In this document: one piece after another, positions 13,493 to 27,200 of the stretch | Layout of the letters: every line of letters begins with the position of its first letter | How positions within the stretch are numbered: position 1 is the stretch's first letter | NCBI GenBank assembly: GCA_030704615.1 | Contig: CM060733.1 | Coordinates: 34,782,001-34,846,000 of the forward strand | Source of the DNA: Takakia lepidozioides | Lineage: Eukaryota > Plantae > Bryophyta | Direction of reading: 5' to 3' | DNA length: 64,000 bases | Notes under the pieces: model-generated | What the model was told of the DNA's origin: nothing | The model's database searches: none | Seen by the model: only the letters and a program-made list of their open reading frames with translations | Position numbers and translations under genes: made by a program

Positions 13493-14956
13493 AGTCTCCA
13501 TGTGGGCAGTTGCATGTTGTCTATCAGATATTGACGTTGGACAAGTCCAGTCTTGACCTTCCTCACCCAAGCTGGAGGACAGCTCGTTCGATTACCGGAA
13601 CAATATTCAAACAGTGAGTTGGGTCACCTTTAGAGTGGTTGTAATACTTTCAAGCTTCTGTTTGGACAAGCTGTGCATCAATATGACCACCATGTTCGGC
13701 AGGCAATGCAGCAGATGGTCTCTATAGTGTGAAATTTGCCTGAAAGATCTGCTAGGCACCAGCATTGATATTAGGTGCTATGCTGAACAACAGAAAATGA
13801 GAGTCAGGTAAAGTGATCACTCAGACAATGAGATCTTTATGCTCAAACTAATTCCTGAAAGATGTCCTACACAAGAGAATGCAAGGGAAACAATGCTTGC
13901 CCTCTCAGTCTGTCTTTTCGGCAAAACATACTCTCAGCCCCTTACCTTCCAAAATCCTAAGCTAGTTGCGGCTTGGATGGACCCTACTGGGCAAGGCAAA
14001 GCAAAGTTGAAGACAGCAACACCACATTTTGCATGAGCAACATCAGCAAGGGACCAATAGCAAGGTAAGTGCATAAGAACTCGAATCTTTTTACTAAGTT
14101 GCCAGGGTCGGTCTTGTCACAAGTGCTAAAAGACAGCATTTGTGGTTGGGGACGAAATGGTTGAAATTTTACGGCGGTGATTAATGAAGGTGCACTAAGC
14201 TAGGATGCAGTGTTATCTGCCCTGACAAGGGACCTGCGCATTGTCTTCAATGAAGACCATTTATACCATCCCTGTTAGCGCCTACTGGGAACTCGTTCAT
14301 ACCAAACTGTAGCTAAACTAAGACCAAAGGAGGGGCATTTAAAACCATCATGGCATTCTTTTTTGTCCCAATTAAGAACTTGGTTGGTAACCACCAACAA
14401 ACTGCGTAAGATAAGCTTGATGCCAAATCCATGTATGCTCAGTAGCATAGCGAAGGAAAAATCTAAGAAGTCTACTGCTGATTTCAGGGCAGCCCTGGTC
14501 TCATTGCAGATTGAATGTTTGATTAGCACATGGGAACAAATGTGGCCTGAACCCAGTGTTGGCTCAGAACGACCCTTATCCCTACCTTTTCCTAGACTCT
14601 AGACAACCCTAGGTTTTCCAAGTACCAACACAGATTGAACTCATTTCAAATCTTCAAGCAGAAAATATGATGAAGAACATGACTGTCACACGGAGACTGA
14701 ATGACAATATGCAACAGATACTACAGATAGTACATACGTAGAAAGACTAGAGAGAAGCACACAGTCATGGACTGTTATCTGAGATGAGATGCAGCCATGA
14801 GGGCTGAGCCTTCAGGCAAACAGATGGAGAGAATCATCAAGGCAGTGATGGTAGAGCAAAACCTTCCCTGGTCAATGTATCCCATATTAAAACAACATTG
14901 TTTACTGAGAAGAGAGGGGATGCCATACACACAGAGTGCACAGACGAATTGAAGTT

Positions 14957-16458
14957 CTAGATATCCCTTTGCCTCTTGCGAGCCAGATACCGCTCTTTGG
15001 CAGCAGACAGAGAGTCCTTGCTGGATGACCTCTCAGCCAGAGCCTCACCACCCTGGCCTGAAAGTACCGCATCGCCTCTTGACTCTCCAGCATCAGACCT
15101 TACAGTTGTTTCCCTCTCTATAGAACTAGCAGCTGGCTCTGTCGTATCCTCAGCAACCCTCTCAATACTTTGAGACCCTTTTGCGTCCAAGCCATTGGCA
15201 TCTGTAGGCTGCATGCTGCCATGTCTTCTGGCATCAGGTTCAACATCCCCTTCACTTTGTAGAAAACTGCTGGTTTCACTACTCCTTGGTGCTTCAGTAT
15301 CTGCAGTGGTCTTCGATGGAGTAGCAGGGGTTTCATCCGCGCGTGAAGAAAATGCCACGTGAGGGTGGCCCTCCAGCCCTCGCCCGTCATCTACACCTGC
15401 AGCATCACTGGGCTTTGCAACAGGTTTCGCACCGAAAGCAACATTGCTGTTCAGCAGATTGCGGTAGAAGTCACTCATATCACTCTTCTTGGTCACCTGC
15501 AGACATTAGTACCAGATTTATCAGTCCAATCACCAGTTGGAGGAGCTCAATCCCTTCATATTAGGACAATCACTGACCAGGGCCACGGGAATAATAGATC
15601 AACCAAAGACCAGATGACTCCTTGTACACATAGGAAGACAGCCAACCTCCTCAGCTTGCTCTTGGAGTTCCCTTATACGCTCCTCCTCCTTCCATTTTGC
15701 CTCCTCCATAAGCTTCCTCTTGTATGCCCCCGTCACAAACTTCTCTTTGTCGCCATACAGGTGGTCCTCTTTTGCCCGCTCCTTTGCTAGCTGCCGCTCA
15801 TATACGATATCATGTTCGCGTTGGCGAGCCTTAGCCTTCTCCAGGAGCTTCCCTATATATTTGGACTGCATCCACGCAACTTCTCAGAACGGTGAGCAAC
15901 TGCAAATTCTCAAGTACCACCTATTTCTCTGCAGATGGAAACAGCCTCCAGAGCTGTGCATTTGAAGCTGGTCATCAATGGTATGGAGATGAGGGAGTTC
16001 AACTCTTGCGAGCATAAACGTACCTCGCGTTTTTCACGATCCTCAAGAATGGGCCGAGCTTGATTGCCCTTCATTTCGTCATAGACAGCATCATAGTCAA
16101 ACACGGTCGGATCTTCCTCCACGGCCCGTTTATGCTGCTGCTCCACCTGTTACGCAAAGGAGATGCAGTGTTCAGCATATATCACACTGGTGATAATTCC
16201 TTGTGGGTGCAACTTGTGGCTCAATAGAGCGGCTTGGAATGTTCAGATCATGTGCAAATTTTAGTAATGGAAGAAGATACATACATCCCGCACAGATTTT
16301 TTCTTGAAGGCTTGCCGGGCGATGTCCTCCTCCACATTCTCCTCGTCGTCGCCATCGTCAAACCTCAACAAGGGGGCCGCCTTCACTGCCTTCTTCACAG
16401 GTGCCTTTACACGCAGCTGCAGCCCATATTGCTTCCCTCCGCCCTTCTTCCACTCCAT
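14957..16458 (-). CDS. Nuclear speckle splicing regulatory protein 1-like (NSRP1/CCDC55, DUF2040), 4 exons
   Basis: KQYGLQLR; EEDPTVFDYDAVYDEMK; SKYIGKLLEKAKAR..KEDHLYGDKEKFVTGAYKRKL; VTKKSDMSDFYRNLL; C-terminal SAAKERYLARK. Approximate exons 16458-16285, 16146-16024, 15868-15648, 15497-14957. Confidence 0.9.
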
Positions 16459-17438
16459 CTCGCTGTCTCTCTCTCACCCCACACATCAGAAGCCTAATTC
16501 CTGAAGTACCCCAATTCTGAATTTAAAAAAAGACGTCAAATATCTCTCTGGCACACAAAGTCCGAAGACAACTGACAAGTCATATGACGACAGGACCTCT
16601 CTCCCTGGCGCGCGCGGAATTCCTTCCTTCTTTCTCTCTCAAGAATTCATGACCACCGCGGCACAAGACCCTGATGATGTCTACAATCTACAGGGACAAT
16701 GTACGATTTCTCCACCCAGGATTTGACTCACATACTTCGCATAGATTCTCAGTTCTCAAGCAAACAATTCCCAAGAAAATGCTTTCGTGCAAACTGCAAA
16801 CCATTTCTTGCCTTCGCGTAACCCTAATCCCATACTGAATACGCAAAACCAAACGATTGGATATCTCTGCTAGCTAACGGATTATGACATCAAACAAATT
16901 TCGTTACCATTCCGTGGTTGCAAAGCCGATCTTCTGATAGTAAGCGAAATAATGGGTAACGGATATTCGACTCCCTAAATGCTCGGAGTAGTAAACAGAA
17001 CGAAATTCAAAAACTCTCTAAAGATGATCTCGTTAGTAAACGGCGAAAAAGATCTCCTTGTACACCATATTTTTTCGTTTTTTCAATAAGAGGGGCTGGA
17101 AGCAAACCAAATGAAAGTCGGATTTTGTGAGATTCTAAGATTTAATTAAATTTTAAATTACATGATCTGAGCCGTCGAAGTGGATGATCTAAGGGACGGA
17201 GAGGCAAGGCTATATAATGGCTGGAGGAGACCTCTGCAGCTCTTGCAGCAGACGAGTGTGGTGGCAAGCAAGTCTGGATTGAGAGAGAAGCTGTGCACCT
17301 TCTCTTCAACTTGTGACTGGAGGGGTTACCTTTATTTGGGTTCTGTTGCTTGGATCCGGCCACTTGTATTGCTTGGCACGGAGGGGATCGCTCACTCTCA
17401 TCTCATCTCTCTGCATTGGCGTTGGAGAGAGTGGTCGA

Positions 17439-20400
17439 ATGATGGAGGCAGCTATAGCTGCCCCACCCTCACTTTCTCCAGGCGGTCCCTTGCCCTCACA
17501 GAATTTTATGCAATCAATTAATGCGCCAGTTGCGTGCAATTCGAGAGTTAGAAGAGGGCGTGCCCTCTTGTCTCCCAGGTGCTCGCATGGTTCAAGTAGT
17601 CTCCATCGGTCTCCCATCTCTATACAGTCCGAAAGCATTGCCCCCTGGTATTCAGATGTCGAGTGGTCGAGTGGCAAGCAAGGCCCAATTAGATTTGCTG
17701 ACAAAAAATGTGAGAGACGGCTAGGCGGCAGGTGCATTATAAGGTGTGAGAATGGTGGGGCGATGACTGTGGCAGAAAGAATGAGCGGCCCGGAAATCCT
17801 GAGATCGCCACAGGAGCTTACCACGGTCATGAAATTCGGGGGATCGTCGGTTGCCTCGGCTGCAAGGATGCAGGAAGTTGCTGATTTGATTCTGAGTTTC
17901 CGCCAAGAAAGGCCCATCATCGTGCTTTCTGCCATGGGAAAGACAACCAATAAACTTCTTGGGGTATGTTGCGTTTTCCTCAATGGCTATTATACTTCTT
18001 GGGTGTTTTTCATGTATTTGTTATTGCGTTCACACGCTTTTCCTGTGCTGCACGCAGTGGACAGAAACCTATAGCTACTCAGCTCTCATTGACATGGTCT
18101 CTTCACAGCAATTCTCAAACCAAGACGTGCAAAATCTTTGGGAGGCATGTTAACTCACTGGTCCGTGTAGCTCTCAAGGGGACCGTTTCCCGCTTAGGTT
18201 CTTTGGAGGTTGAATTATTTTGTGAGTGTGACGTTCCTAACGTCTCTTAAAGTGCAGATTGTGTTGGGTCCTCGAGAAATCTCTGGGGGGTTCCATGGAA
18301 GTGCCCTACTTACTAGGTAACACATAGTGCAACCTGGAGGTCCTAGAGCCATGACCGACTGACAGCCACTTCTTTAAAACAAAAGAGGACTTCTTCACTA
18401 GGTACAGTACGCAAAGGTGGAAAATTGTGTAGAGACTTTAGGTGGGATGCGTTCAAGTTCATAATTTCATGAACTTCGGGGTTTTACCTTACAAGTCAGT
18501 CATCACATTGCAACCAAAAGACCGCGCTCCAGTTTATGGGTTTAAAAAATTTGATCAATGGTCTTTCAACAGGGTCTATGGTTGAATAGGTATTTGTAGC
18601 AGCCACATCTGACCAATGTTCAGGTTGCAGCAGGTTTGGGGTTGAAGTTGCCAGACTTCTCAGGTTTCCACTTTTTATAATCTGGGGTGTGATTGAGCAT
18701 GCAGCATGATGTAAAATCAATTGACATGTGTGCATCTGGTGTGGCAGGCAGGGGAGAAAGCTGTCAGTTGTGGTGCAGGAAAGTGCTGCTTGATTGAGGA
18801 GCTTGCAGCTATAAAGGACCTCCATTTGCGGTATGCTCTGTGCATTTGATGGATTCTTATAACATGTTGGCAGAGAACCTCTACCTGTTGTGAGCATTGA
18901 CCAAAAAGTGTGCAGAAATCAGGAGCTGCAGTCCTGGGCAATCTCATTTTCTTATGTACTACTTCATCATATGGGTGTATCAGACTGTTACACTGGGACC
19001 CTGCAAGATTGGCAGTGGCACAGGAGATGAGCTCTGCCTAAAGTCATGAAGGTTGTAGAGTGACATCCCAGCCAGCCTCAGTAGGTACTATAAAAGCAAC
19101 GTATCTTGCTGAAGGCAGGAGATGTAGAGAGACAAAGAGACGGACAGACAGACACAGGGAATTGCAAGTGCTGATGGGCGGGCACTGGTTGGTGACATGT
19201 GGCAGGACAGTAGATGAGCTGGGTGTGGATCGTGCTGTTGTCTCAGGTTTGCACCCTCTCTTGTCTTTGCACCTGATGTTTTGACTTTGGTTCTTCTATG
19301 GCTATGGCAGATGGTCCACTTAAATGCTTAGGGTACTTGATGAATAAGTTGTCCCTGCACACATCTGTAGGAGCACATTCCATCCTAGTGGTGGGATAAT
19401 AACAAGCATGTAACTTATGGTGATACACTATTTCATTTGAGGGACACCCAGTGCACCTTAAGTGCTAGTGTTCGTCACTACAACCTCAAGCCAAAGTATT
19501 TGCCTAAGGAACTTAAAGCCATCATGAAGCTTTTGGCTTCAGGGTCTGATCTGCCTTGTGTCCACTATGACTAAAGGAGGGGTCTATTCGGGTGAGCAGA
19601 GCTGTTAGAAGAGCTGGAACAGCTGCTGACGGGAATTGCTCTCATGAAGGAGCTGACAGTGCGCACCAAGGACTATTTGGTTTCCTTTGGGGAGCGCCTT
19701 TCCACACGCGTCTTTGCAGCTTTTCTTAACCAGCGTGGTGTCAAAGCTCGCCAGGCCTGTCACGATCTCATCTTGACCATCTATTGAGGTCGCTTGTGTT
19801 GTTGACTGGTCTCTTAGTTGTCTGATGTACTGGTTGGGATTATGTGCTCTACTTGACGTATGTCAGCATAAATTGTTGCTAAGTCATAAAGCAGCTGGTG
19901 TCAACCCTGTTAATGGGGACAGTGATGGGAGCTACGTGTTAATGGTGTACGAGTCGGGAGGATGGGACATGCAGTATGATGCATTTGAGGTAGGGATCAT
20001 CACAACAGATGAGTTCACAAATGCTGAGATTCTTGAGACAACATATACCAAGGTGGCTGAACGGCTGAAAGGAGATTGGCAGAGGGATCCCGCAATTCCT
20101 ATTGTTACTGGCTTCCTTGGTAAGGTAGGGTACAATCACTTTAACCTTTCCCTCCTTCGTAGATGCACTCCCACGTCACTAGCCTTGGCAAGCCAAGAAA
20201 AGTCCCGAGTACCTTCCCTGTCTCTCCTTAGCATGGTTCCATTGGCCTCTGTCTTTGTATTCCCATTGACCTGAAAAACTAGAATAACTTTGAAGTGTTT
20301 GCTTCTTTGCCAATGTTACATGTTTGTTAGGACCATGCGCTGGAGCTGTTGATATTTTGCAAGCATGGAGTAACTGCCCACTGTGGCATTTAGCTCTAGA

Positions 20401-23400
20401 TGTCTCCGTTGCATACTTGCAGGTCCCTAGTCATATTCCATCAGAGGTTAGTTCGACATTGAACTACTTCCAGCATGTGTGCATTTGTACATTATTACTG
20501 ACTCATTTATCATCTTGACTGCAGGGGCAGAAAACAGGTGCCATCACAACTCTTGGCAGAGGAGGAAGTGACTTAACCGCCACAGCCATTGGCAAAGCTC
20601 TTGGACTTCAAGAGATTCAAGTGAATGCTTTTCTCATTCATCTACTTTGGCTGAATTTCTCTTCTACACGGCTTATGCACTGTATGACTCTTGATGTTCC
20701 CTCCATATCATTCCTGTGCTCACTCACCCCTTTTTTCTGGATCCAGATTGGGGATGTGGTCTATGGTCGGCAAGCCAAGTGGTTCTGTAGGAGGATATTT
20801 TTTGTGAGAGAAGGGTGGCAAGCACCACATTGCACTTCACCATCTAAAGACATCAGAAGCCTTGAGACTGCAATTGAGATTGACACCTCCTTTATAATGC
20901 TGCTCTTCTACGGGCTGCCCTATGCAGGGTGGTAGTTCCAACAATTGTAGATACTAAGGACTGGCTACTCATGGGCAGGTGTGGAAAGATGTAGATGGAG
21001 TCTTGACCTGTGATCCCAACATTCACTGCAAAGCATCTCCTGTCCCATATCTGACCTTTGACGAAGCTGCAGAACTGGCCTATTTTGGTGCCCAGGTATT
21101 GTCTTCACTGTAGTCTGTTTGGGTTAGAAGTTTGCCACAGTTGTTTACCAGTGAACTCTTCTAGCATGCTATATCCAGACAGAGAAAGAGACAATGAACC
21201 CTCACATCAGTCATATCGGGGTTTTACTTTGCGTCTCTTGGTCATGATGTCAGGGTCTCTTGGCTTTCCATGGTTGGTTGTTGGTTTAAGAGGTGTTTCC
21301 CCTTGCCCACCCCCACCCCCCTCCCTAAAATGAGTAAAAGAGAGGGATTCACAGATTCGTGATTCTCCTTGGGGATTGGACTTAGCAAGATAGTCAAAAG
21401 AGAAAGTAGTGTGGTTTTAGTGAAGGGAAAACGTGAGAGGTGGATACGTACCTGTGAGACAGAGGGTCAGGTTGATGGGTCTTCCTCTTGAGGCCTGCCA
21501 ACACAAACTTGAAATACCAGAGTAAAACACAGAATCTTGCGTCACCTGCAGCTCTATGGCATTGGATGCCCATTGTCTGCATGAAAGACAAGCTGCTGAT
21601 TGAAGGTTGACATGGTCAGGTGTTGCATCCGCAATCAATGCGGCCAGCAAGAGAGGGCAACATCCCCGTGCGTGTCAAAAACTCATACAACCCGCAGGCA
21701 CCGGGGACTCTCATCACAAGATCCCGAGATATGAGCAAGGTTTTTGTCGATTCTCATTCCTGTTCGAGCTTTTGTGGTATGCATAGTTGGAACTTTCAGG
21801 AAATCCAACTTTATGGGGCAGCTAAATCACTGTCAGATTCCCATGTAGGATGCCAATCCCAACAAGCTTTACATATATATATATGAGGAGCAAGGAGCAG
21901 AGCCTCAAAATGCATTGCAGCAAGGAAAAATTCACATTTTTCTTGGACGGCCACTTCTTGCAAGTTGATGTCACGTAATTTTGAGGGCCATGCAAAGGTT
22001 GTTATGTTCACTGTGAGCAGGACAACTATGCTGGTTGTGTTTAAAAACAAGCTGGAAAGTAGAAAATTCCATGACTAAATTGTCCTTCCACTTCCATTGT
22101 GGGATCTACCTGGCTATGATGCTGATGTGGCTGCAATGGCTGTTTGTACTTGACAGTCTGGCCTCCAATAGTGAAAGAGAGGTAGATGGTGTGTTTTAGA
22201 GAAATTGTTTCCTTGCTGTCCGCCTAACCATACATTGCCATTCCATTTGCTCTGTTTGCACCATTTTTGTGAACTAGATTTTTTTATTTGTGGTCATGGT
22301 TTCAGGCACTTCTGACAAGCATTGTCCTTAAGCAGCATGTCACGATGCTGGATATTGTGAGCACCCGCATGCTCGGCCAATTTGGCTTTTTGGCGAAGGT
22401 CAGTAGCAGAGTAATTTGGTAAATCTAGATCATGGATGAGCTGCAAGCAGTATTCTTTAATATATGTATGTATATATATAGATAGCTCAACTTTGAGAAT
22501 TGTTTGTCCAGTCTCATTGTTCTTTCTGTGTTAGGCTAATTTGAAGCCACGTAAACAGTAAAGCCCAACTTGGTTTATTTGGTTGCTTACAGGTATTTTC
22601 CATATTTGAGGACCTAGGCATCTCTGTAGATGTGGTGGCCACGAGTGAGGTGAGCGTCTCGTTGACGCTGGACCCGTCCAAGCTATGGAGTCGTGAACTT
22701 ATCAAACAGGCATGGCCACAACCTGTTTACCACTGCTGGTCTTCATTTGAAGCTGCCTTGAACCCCGTCTGTCTACCTTCCTTATTTACTCAACATTTTG
22801 TTGCTGCAATATACCGGCTGCCCATCAATCAAATGTCTTGCCTGCGTGGGCTCAAGTGAATGTGGGATAGTTTTATTTCTTGGAGCTATGATATCAAGTG
22901 GGGAGCTTGTACAAGCCCACTTACTACAGGGAGTTCACCTACCCTTTATCTCTTCCTCCCTCTCTTCTCTGTTTTCTTTTTCTTTTCTTTTTCTTCTTCA
23001 TTCTTATCCCCTCTTGTGTTTAACTTTTTGGTCTTCTTTGGATTGTTTCCTCGCTATGCCTACTGTTGGGAATTGACGAAGTCAGTTGGAAGGTGATGGT
23101 GGCTGCTCACTATGATACATGCTGTTCTTCTTCTTGGTCCATGGATTGGTGAGAGACAGTCACTAAGTCTATACTGCTGTTCTCAGTTTATGGGTGCAAT
23201 ATGAATCTGTGTTCATCGTTTTGTTTGTATCCTTGTTGTCTTGTCCTTGGAGTACGCATCTGCAATATGGGTTGATACCTCTAACCAGGCCAAGTCTCTA
23301 GAATCCATTCAAGTGGGGGTGCTTAAGGAGTGCATGTCAGCATGCTCCAAAACAGCCAATGTGGTTGTTCGGGGTGAGTTTGGCATCCCTTCCTTAAGCT

Positions 23401-26042
23401 CCCGACGAGATGAATTCAAGGGCAGATGGTGGGGTCAGCTGCAACATATGTCCAACATCAGTATCCTAAGTTAATCGACTCTATATCATTGAAGCAGGGT
23501 CGCCCTGTCAGCAGGTTAAGTCCTGGCGGAAGAGAGTTGAAGAGATTATAGGATCTGAATCTTAGCCCGCAAGTCTTGACCCTGCTGGATAAATCTAACT
23601 TAGAGGCTGTAGTGTCCAAAGCCATGTCTGTTGCCAGGAAATGTTCTGATCAAAATGAAGTTAGGCAGAAAACTTCTTTGAAGTTGGTTCCAGTCTGTGA
23701 CATGGGGGAGGACATCATGGATGACCTCAAGGGTCTACCGACTCGGCACTAGACTGAAATTTGAACTTGGGGCGGGAAGCCTACCTTTAAACTGCAAATG
23801 CTCGAAGAAGAACTGAATACTGTGCTCATCGACCTTAGTCAATGAAGCTCCCAGCTATTAATAGGACATGCCCTCTTCAGGGATGATCTGAAGTACCTAC
23901 CCTCGGCACTAGACTGAAATTTAAACTCAGGGCGGGAAGCCTACCTTTGAACAGAAAACAGAAGCAGAGAGGAAAAGGAGAGTGCAATTGCCCGTTGTGT
24001 GGACAACCTAAAGACAATATTCATTGTCTGATTCATTGTCCAGTGTCTCTCACCAGAGAGATGCTCTCTTCAAATCTATCAAGGGAATTGTGATCAATGG
24101 CCACAAGGCTATGGCAAACAACGTCTTATGAGTACATTCTTTTTGTCCTTGCTTCTCTTTTTTTCTATTTTTTTGTTCTTGCCTCTGTTTTTCTTTTCTG
24201 TGCTGGTTGTTTCTGGTTTTCTCTTCTGAAAATTCCAACAACCATAGACCAGATCACCCCAGTACTTCTTTTTGGTTACGTCTGCAAGATATCTCGATAC
24301 TTTTAAGTAAATCATTTCTTGTACCTATTTGGTGTTCCTTTTAAAGTAGAATGGACGGAGAAGTTTTGTGGGTCACTGACAAAGTGAGGAGAGGAATTTG
24401 CAGCAGGAGCTGGACCGAATGGTAGAAGAGCTGGAGAAGATAGCAGTGGTGAAGCTTGTGCAGAAGCTCTCCATCATCTCTCTCATAGGCAACGTTCAGC
24501 GTTCCTCTATCATCCTTGAAAAGGTATGCTATTTATGGAAAGATTGGAGCTCTTGAAGCAGCTTGGTTCAAAAGATTGGAGCAAGTGTAAGGAATGTACT
24601 CATGAGATGTTGTTTTCCGTAGCCTTGTGACCAGAGACCCACACCCAGTTTGGGTGGAACCAGTTGGAACAGACACTACCTTTGTGAGGGGCTTGCACTC
24701 TTACCTTTATATAAACAATTAGTTCTGGCTTTCTAGATTTCATCTTGAAGACCCTTCACACAAGCATCAATCTACTGTGTGTAACTGCCCAGCAATTAAA
24801 CCCAACAGTGCCCAGGGCTTTACGCGCAGCCTCAAGATTTTGGAAGTTGGTGAACAGAGTTGCAGGGACTATGTTTATGATGTCCTGAAGAGGGTCACTC
24901 TCTGATGAAAATACTCCGGAGATTCTGAAAATGGATAGCCTTTAGGCTGCCTGCACATTGGGCATTGACAATTTCCCTTTCCTCTCTGCATCTGTTGGTT
25001 GTTCGAAGGTAGACTCCCCGCCCTGAGTTTAAACTTCAGTCTAGTGCTGAGGGTAGGTACTTCAGATCATCCCAGAAGAGGGCATGTCCTATTAATAGCT
25101 GGGAGCTTCATTGACTAAGGTCAATGAGCACAGTATTCAGTTCTTCGAGCATTTGCACATCCACTGTTTGTGTTACGTGCTAGCATTCATGCTGACTCTT
25201 ATATCTTTGGCCTATTTTTTATGTAAGGACTCTGGGTTTGTATGCCCTGTTGTTGGATAGGTCTTCAGCGTGTTCCGGGCCTCGGGAATAAATGTGCAAA
25301 TGATCTCTCAAGGTGCCTCCAAGGTATGCACTTAACCTATAAAATTAGCACATAAAATTCACTTCTTTGAATTTTGGTGACTTTATCTATACACCATATT
25401 GTTGTCCATGTCGATGCTAGGTGTTGTGTTTCCTCGGTAGGGACACATGGAGCCTTCATTTCAGGGTCAACGAACCTGTAACAGGGTTCATAGGCATGCC
25501 GTTGGCTCAACCATTCACTTGATGGATAAGGAATACGACTTTCATTCAAGAAGTCTTACTCCACCAAGTACAAAAGGGATTATGGCCTTATCTTGGCAGC
25601 CCAGTCTAACTAGAAACAGAAGTAGCTGTCAAGCCTATGGAATGCCAACATATCTGGAAATTTCACAAAAGGGCCCTTTCCCAGGTGGGTGTTTTAAGTT
25701 ATCCCTTCCAATGCATCTTCAGGTTCTACTGGTTGTAACTTGATGGGCTTGAGGCTAAGTTGAATACCCCCAACAGTATCAGTTGGATTGGATAGTTTGG
25801 TTTGCTCTGGCACCCTATGACCTACACGTAAAGCAGAGACCCATAGGAAGTATGGCTGTTGTCCCTGGAGTGATTCAGTCCTTATTTTATTTTCTGTGCA
25901 CATGCAGGTGAATATTTCTGTGGTTGTGGATGACAGAGAGGCAGAGTTCTGTGTGAAGGCTCTGCATTCGGTGTTCTTTGAGCAAGACATTACCCATGAA
26001 CTTGTTGGAGATGGTATGGCTGTGAATGGCTACTCTCGATGA
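17439..26042 (+). CDS. Plastid monofunctional aspartate kinase (lysine-sensitive type), about 13 exons
   Basis: Transit-peptide-like N-terminus, then [88 protein letters not shown] regions [47 protein letters not shown]. Stop TGA at 26040-26042. Confidence 0.95.
23190..24120 (+). mobile_element. Degenerate non-LTR retrotransposon fragment in an aspartate kinase intron
   Basis: SLEYASAIW...LESIQ...[18 protein letters not shown] is typical of the post-RT region of LINEs. A CCHC-like remnant ([17 protein letters not shown]) lies downstream. Internal ~55-bp direct repeat at ~23735 and ~23897. Confidence 0.65.
24960..25157 (-). repeat. Inverted copy of ~23793-23995 in the next intron
   Basis: 25005-25157 is a near-exact reverse complement of 23793-23947 (e.g. 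GAAGCTCCCAGCTATTAATAGGACATGCCCTCTTC). Confidence 0.9.
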
Positions 26043-26497
26043 GCTGTAGCTACAGAAGTTTGTAATTTGCTTCAGGCTTGGACAGACATCATTATTCGGT
26101 CACCTTTTGGTCATTGGCTCATCAACAAAAGCAATGGCTACAATTCAGCAGTCAACTCTGTGGTTCACTGCACGGGCTGTTGATCGCACATCACAGCTGG
26201 TCAGTTTTTTTGGCTTCGTGAACATCGGTCAGCTGATGGTTATTGACAGTGTGGTCGGCTAACATTAGTACTACACTTGGTATCCAGTTTTTTCTCTCTT
26301 GCTTGACCGGTGTCAAAGGCATGCACTACATTGTTTGTAATCGGTGAGGTATCGGCTCCTGAGACCATATCCCTGCCTAATGGGCACCAATAGTAGATCA
26401 TTTTCGACTGGTTCAGGTTGAGTGTTGACAATTGAGCTCCAGAGATCCGAATATCATTGAACATAAATTTTGACTCTGTAATCATGATAAATGATAG

Positions 26498-27200
26498 CTG
26501 CTGTAACTTCAGCTGCTGTGATTTCACCTAAGTTAGGGTGATCACTATCTGTAGCTAAAAGTGCAGTGATACTGTCACATTCACTGACCCAAGAATGTCC
26601 TCTGAACTGAAACAAAATGATGACCATTTTCCCTGGAGGTGTCCAACTTTCTTTTGCAGAAGTTGCCTGTTTCACCAGTAATCGCCACAAGAACAAAGCC
26701 CATTCTGGAAGAGGTGAAAACGGTTGGCAGCCCGTACTACAACTGCTCGCTCAACTATCTTTGAGATGAACTTGGTGGCAGTGTTGCAGTCACCACACAC
26801 TCGAAGGTTCTTGATGAGTTCTTGATGACACGGATAGGCGTCCCAGGGGGCGCGTACTAATCAGCCCAAAAGCAATGGCCAGCTTCTCACTGTGGTAACA
26901 AAGAGAAGTCCCCTTTTGCTCCTCCTCCACATCATGCAATACAAAGCTTGTGTCAGGCATGTAGCCGGCCTCTTACATGATCAGCTCGGGCAATCTCTTC
27001 AGCTCGATGTGGATTTCGTCAATTTGTGGATGCAATTTGTCTTCTGCAACAAATGTATGTATCTGGTTGTTGATCTCAATTCAGCTGCGACCTTTTCTGA
27101 TCTTCACTTTATCTTCCCACCTGCCAGCTGCAGCATAGATGTTTGAAAGCAGCACATAAGTAGGGGCATGCTGTTGATCAGACTCCATGAGGCGATGTCT
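26498..27200 (-). pseudogene. Truncated duplicate of the E2-DYW end and 3' flank of the neighbouring PPR gene
   Basis: Near-identical to ~28626-29340 ([26 protein letters not shown]...CGDYW plus 3' flank). Carries indels such as a duplicated GTTCTTGATGA, an extra CG and deletions. Confidence 0.9.

Noticed and set aside
17306-17983. 225-aa minus-strand ORF
   Set aside because: Antisense to aspartate kinase exon 1.
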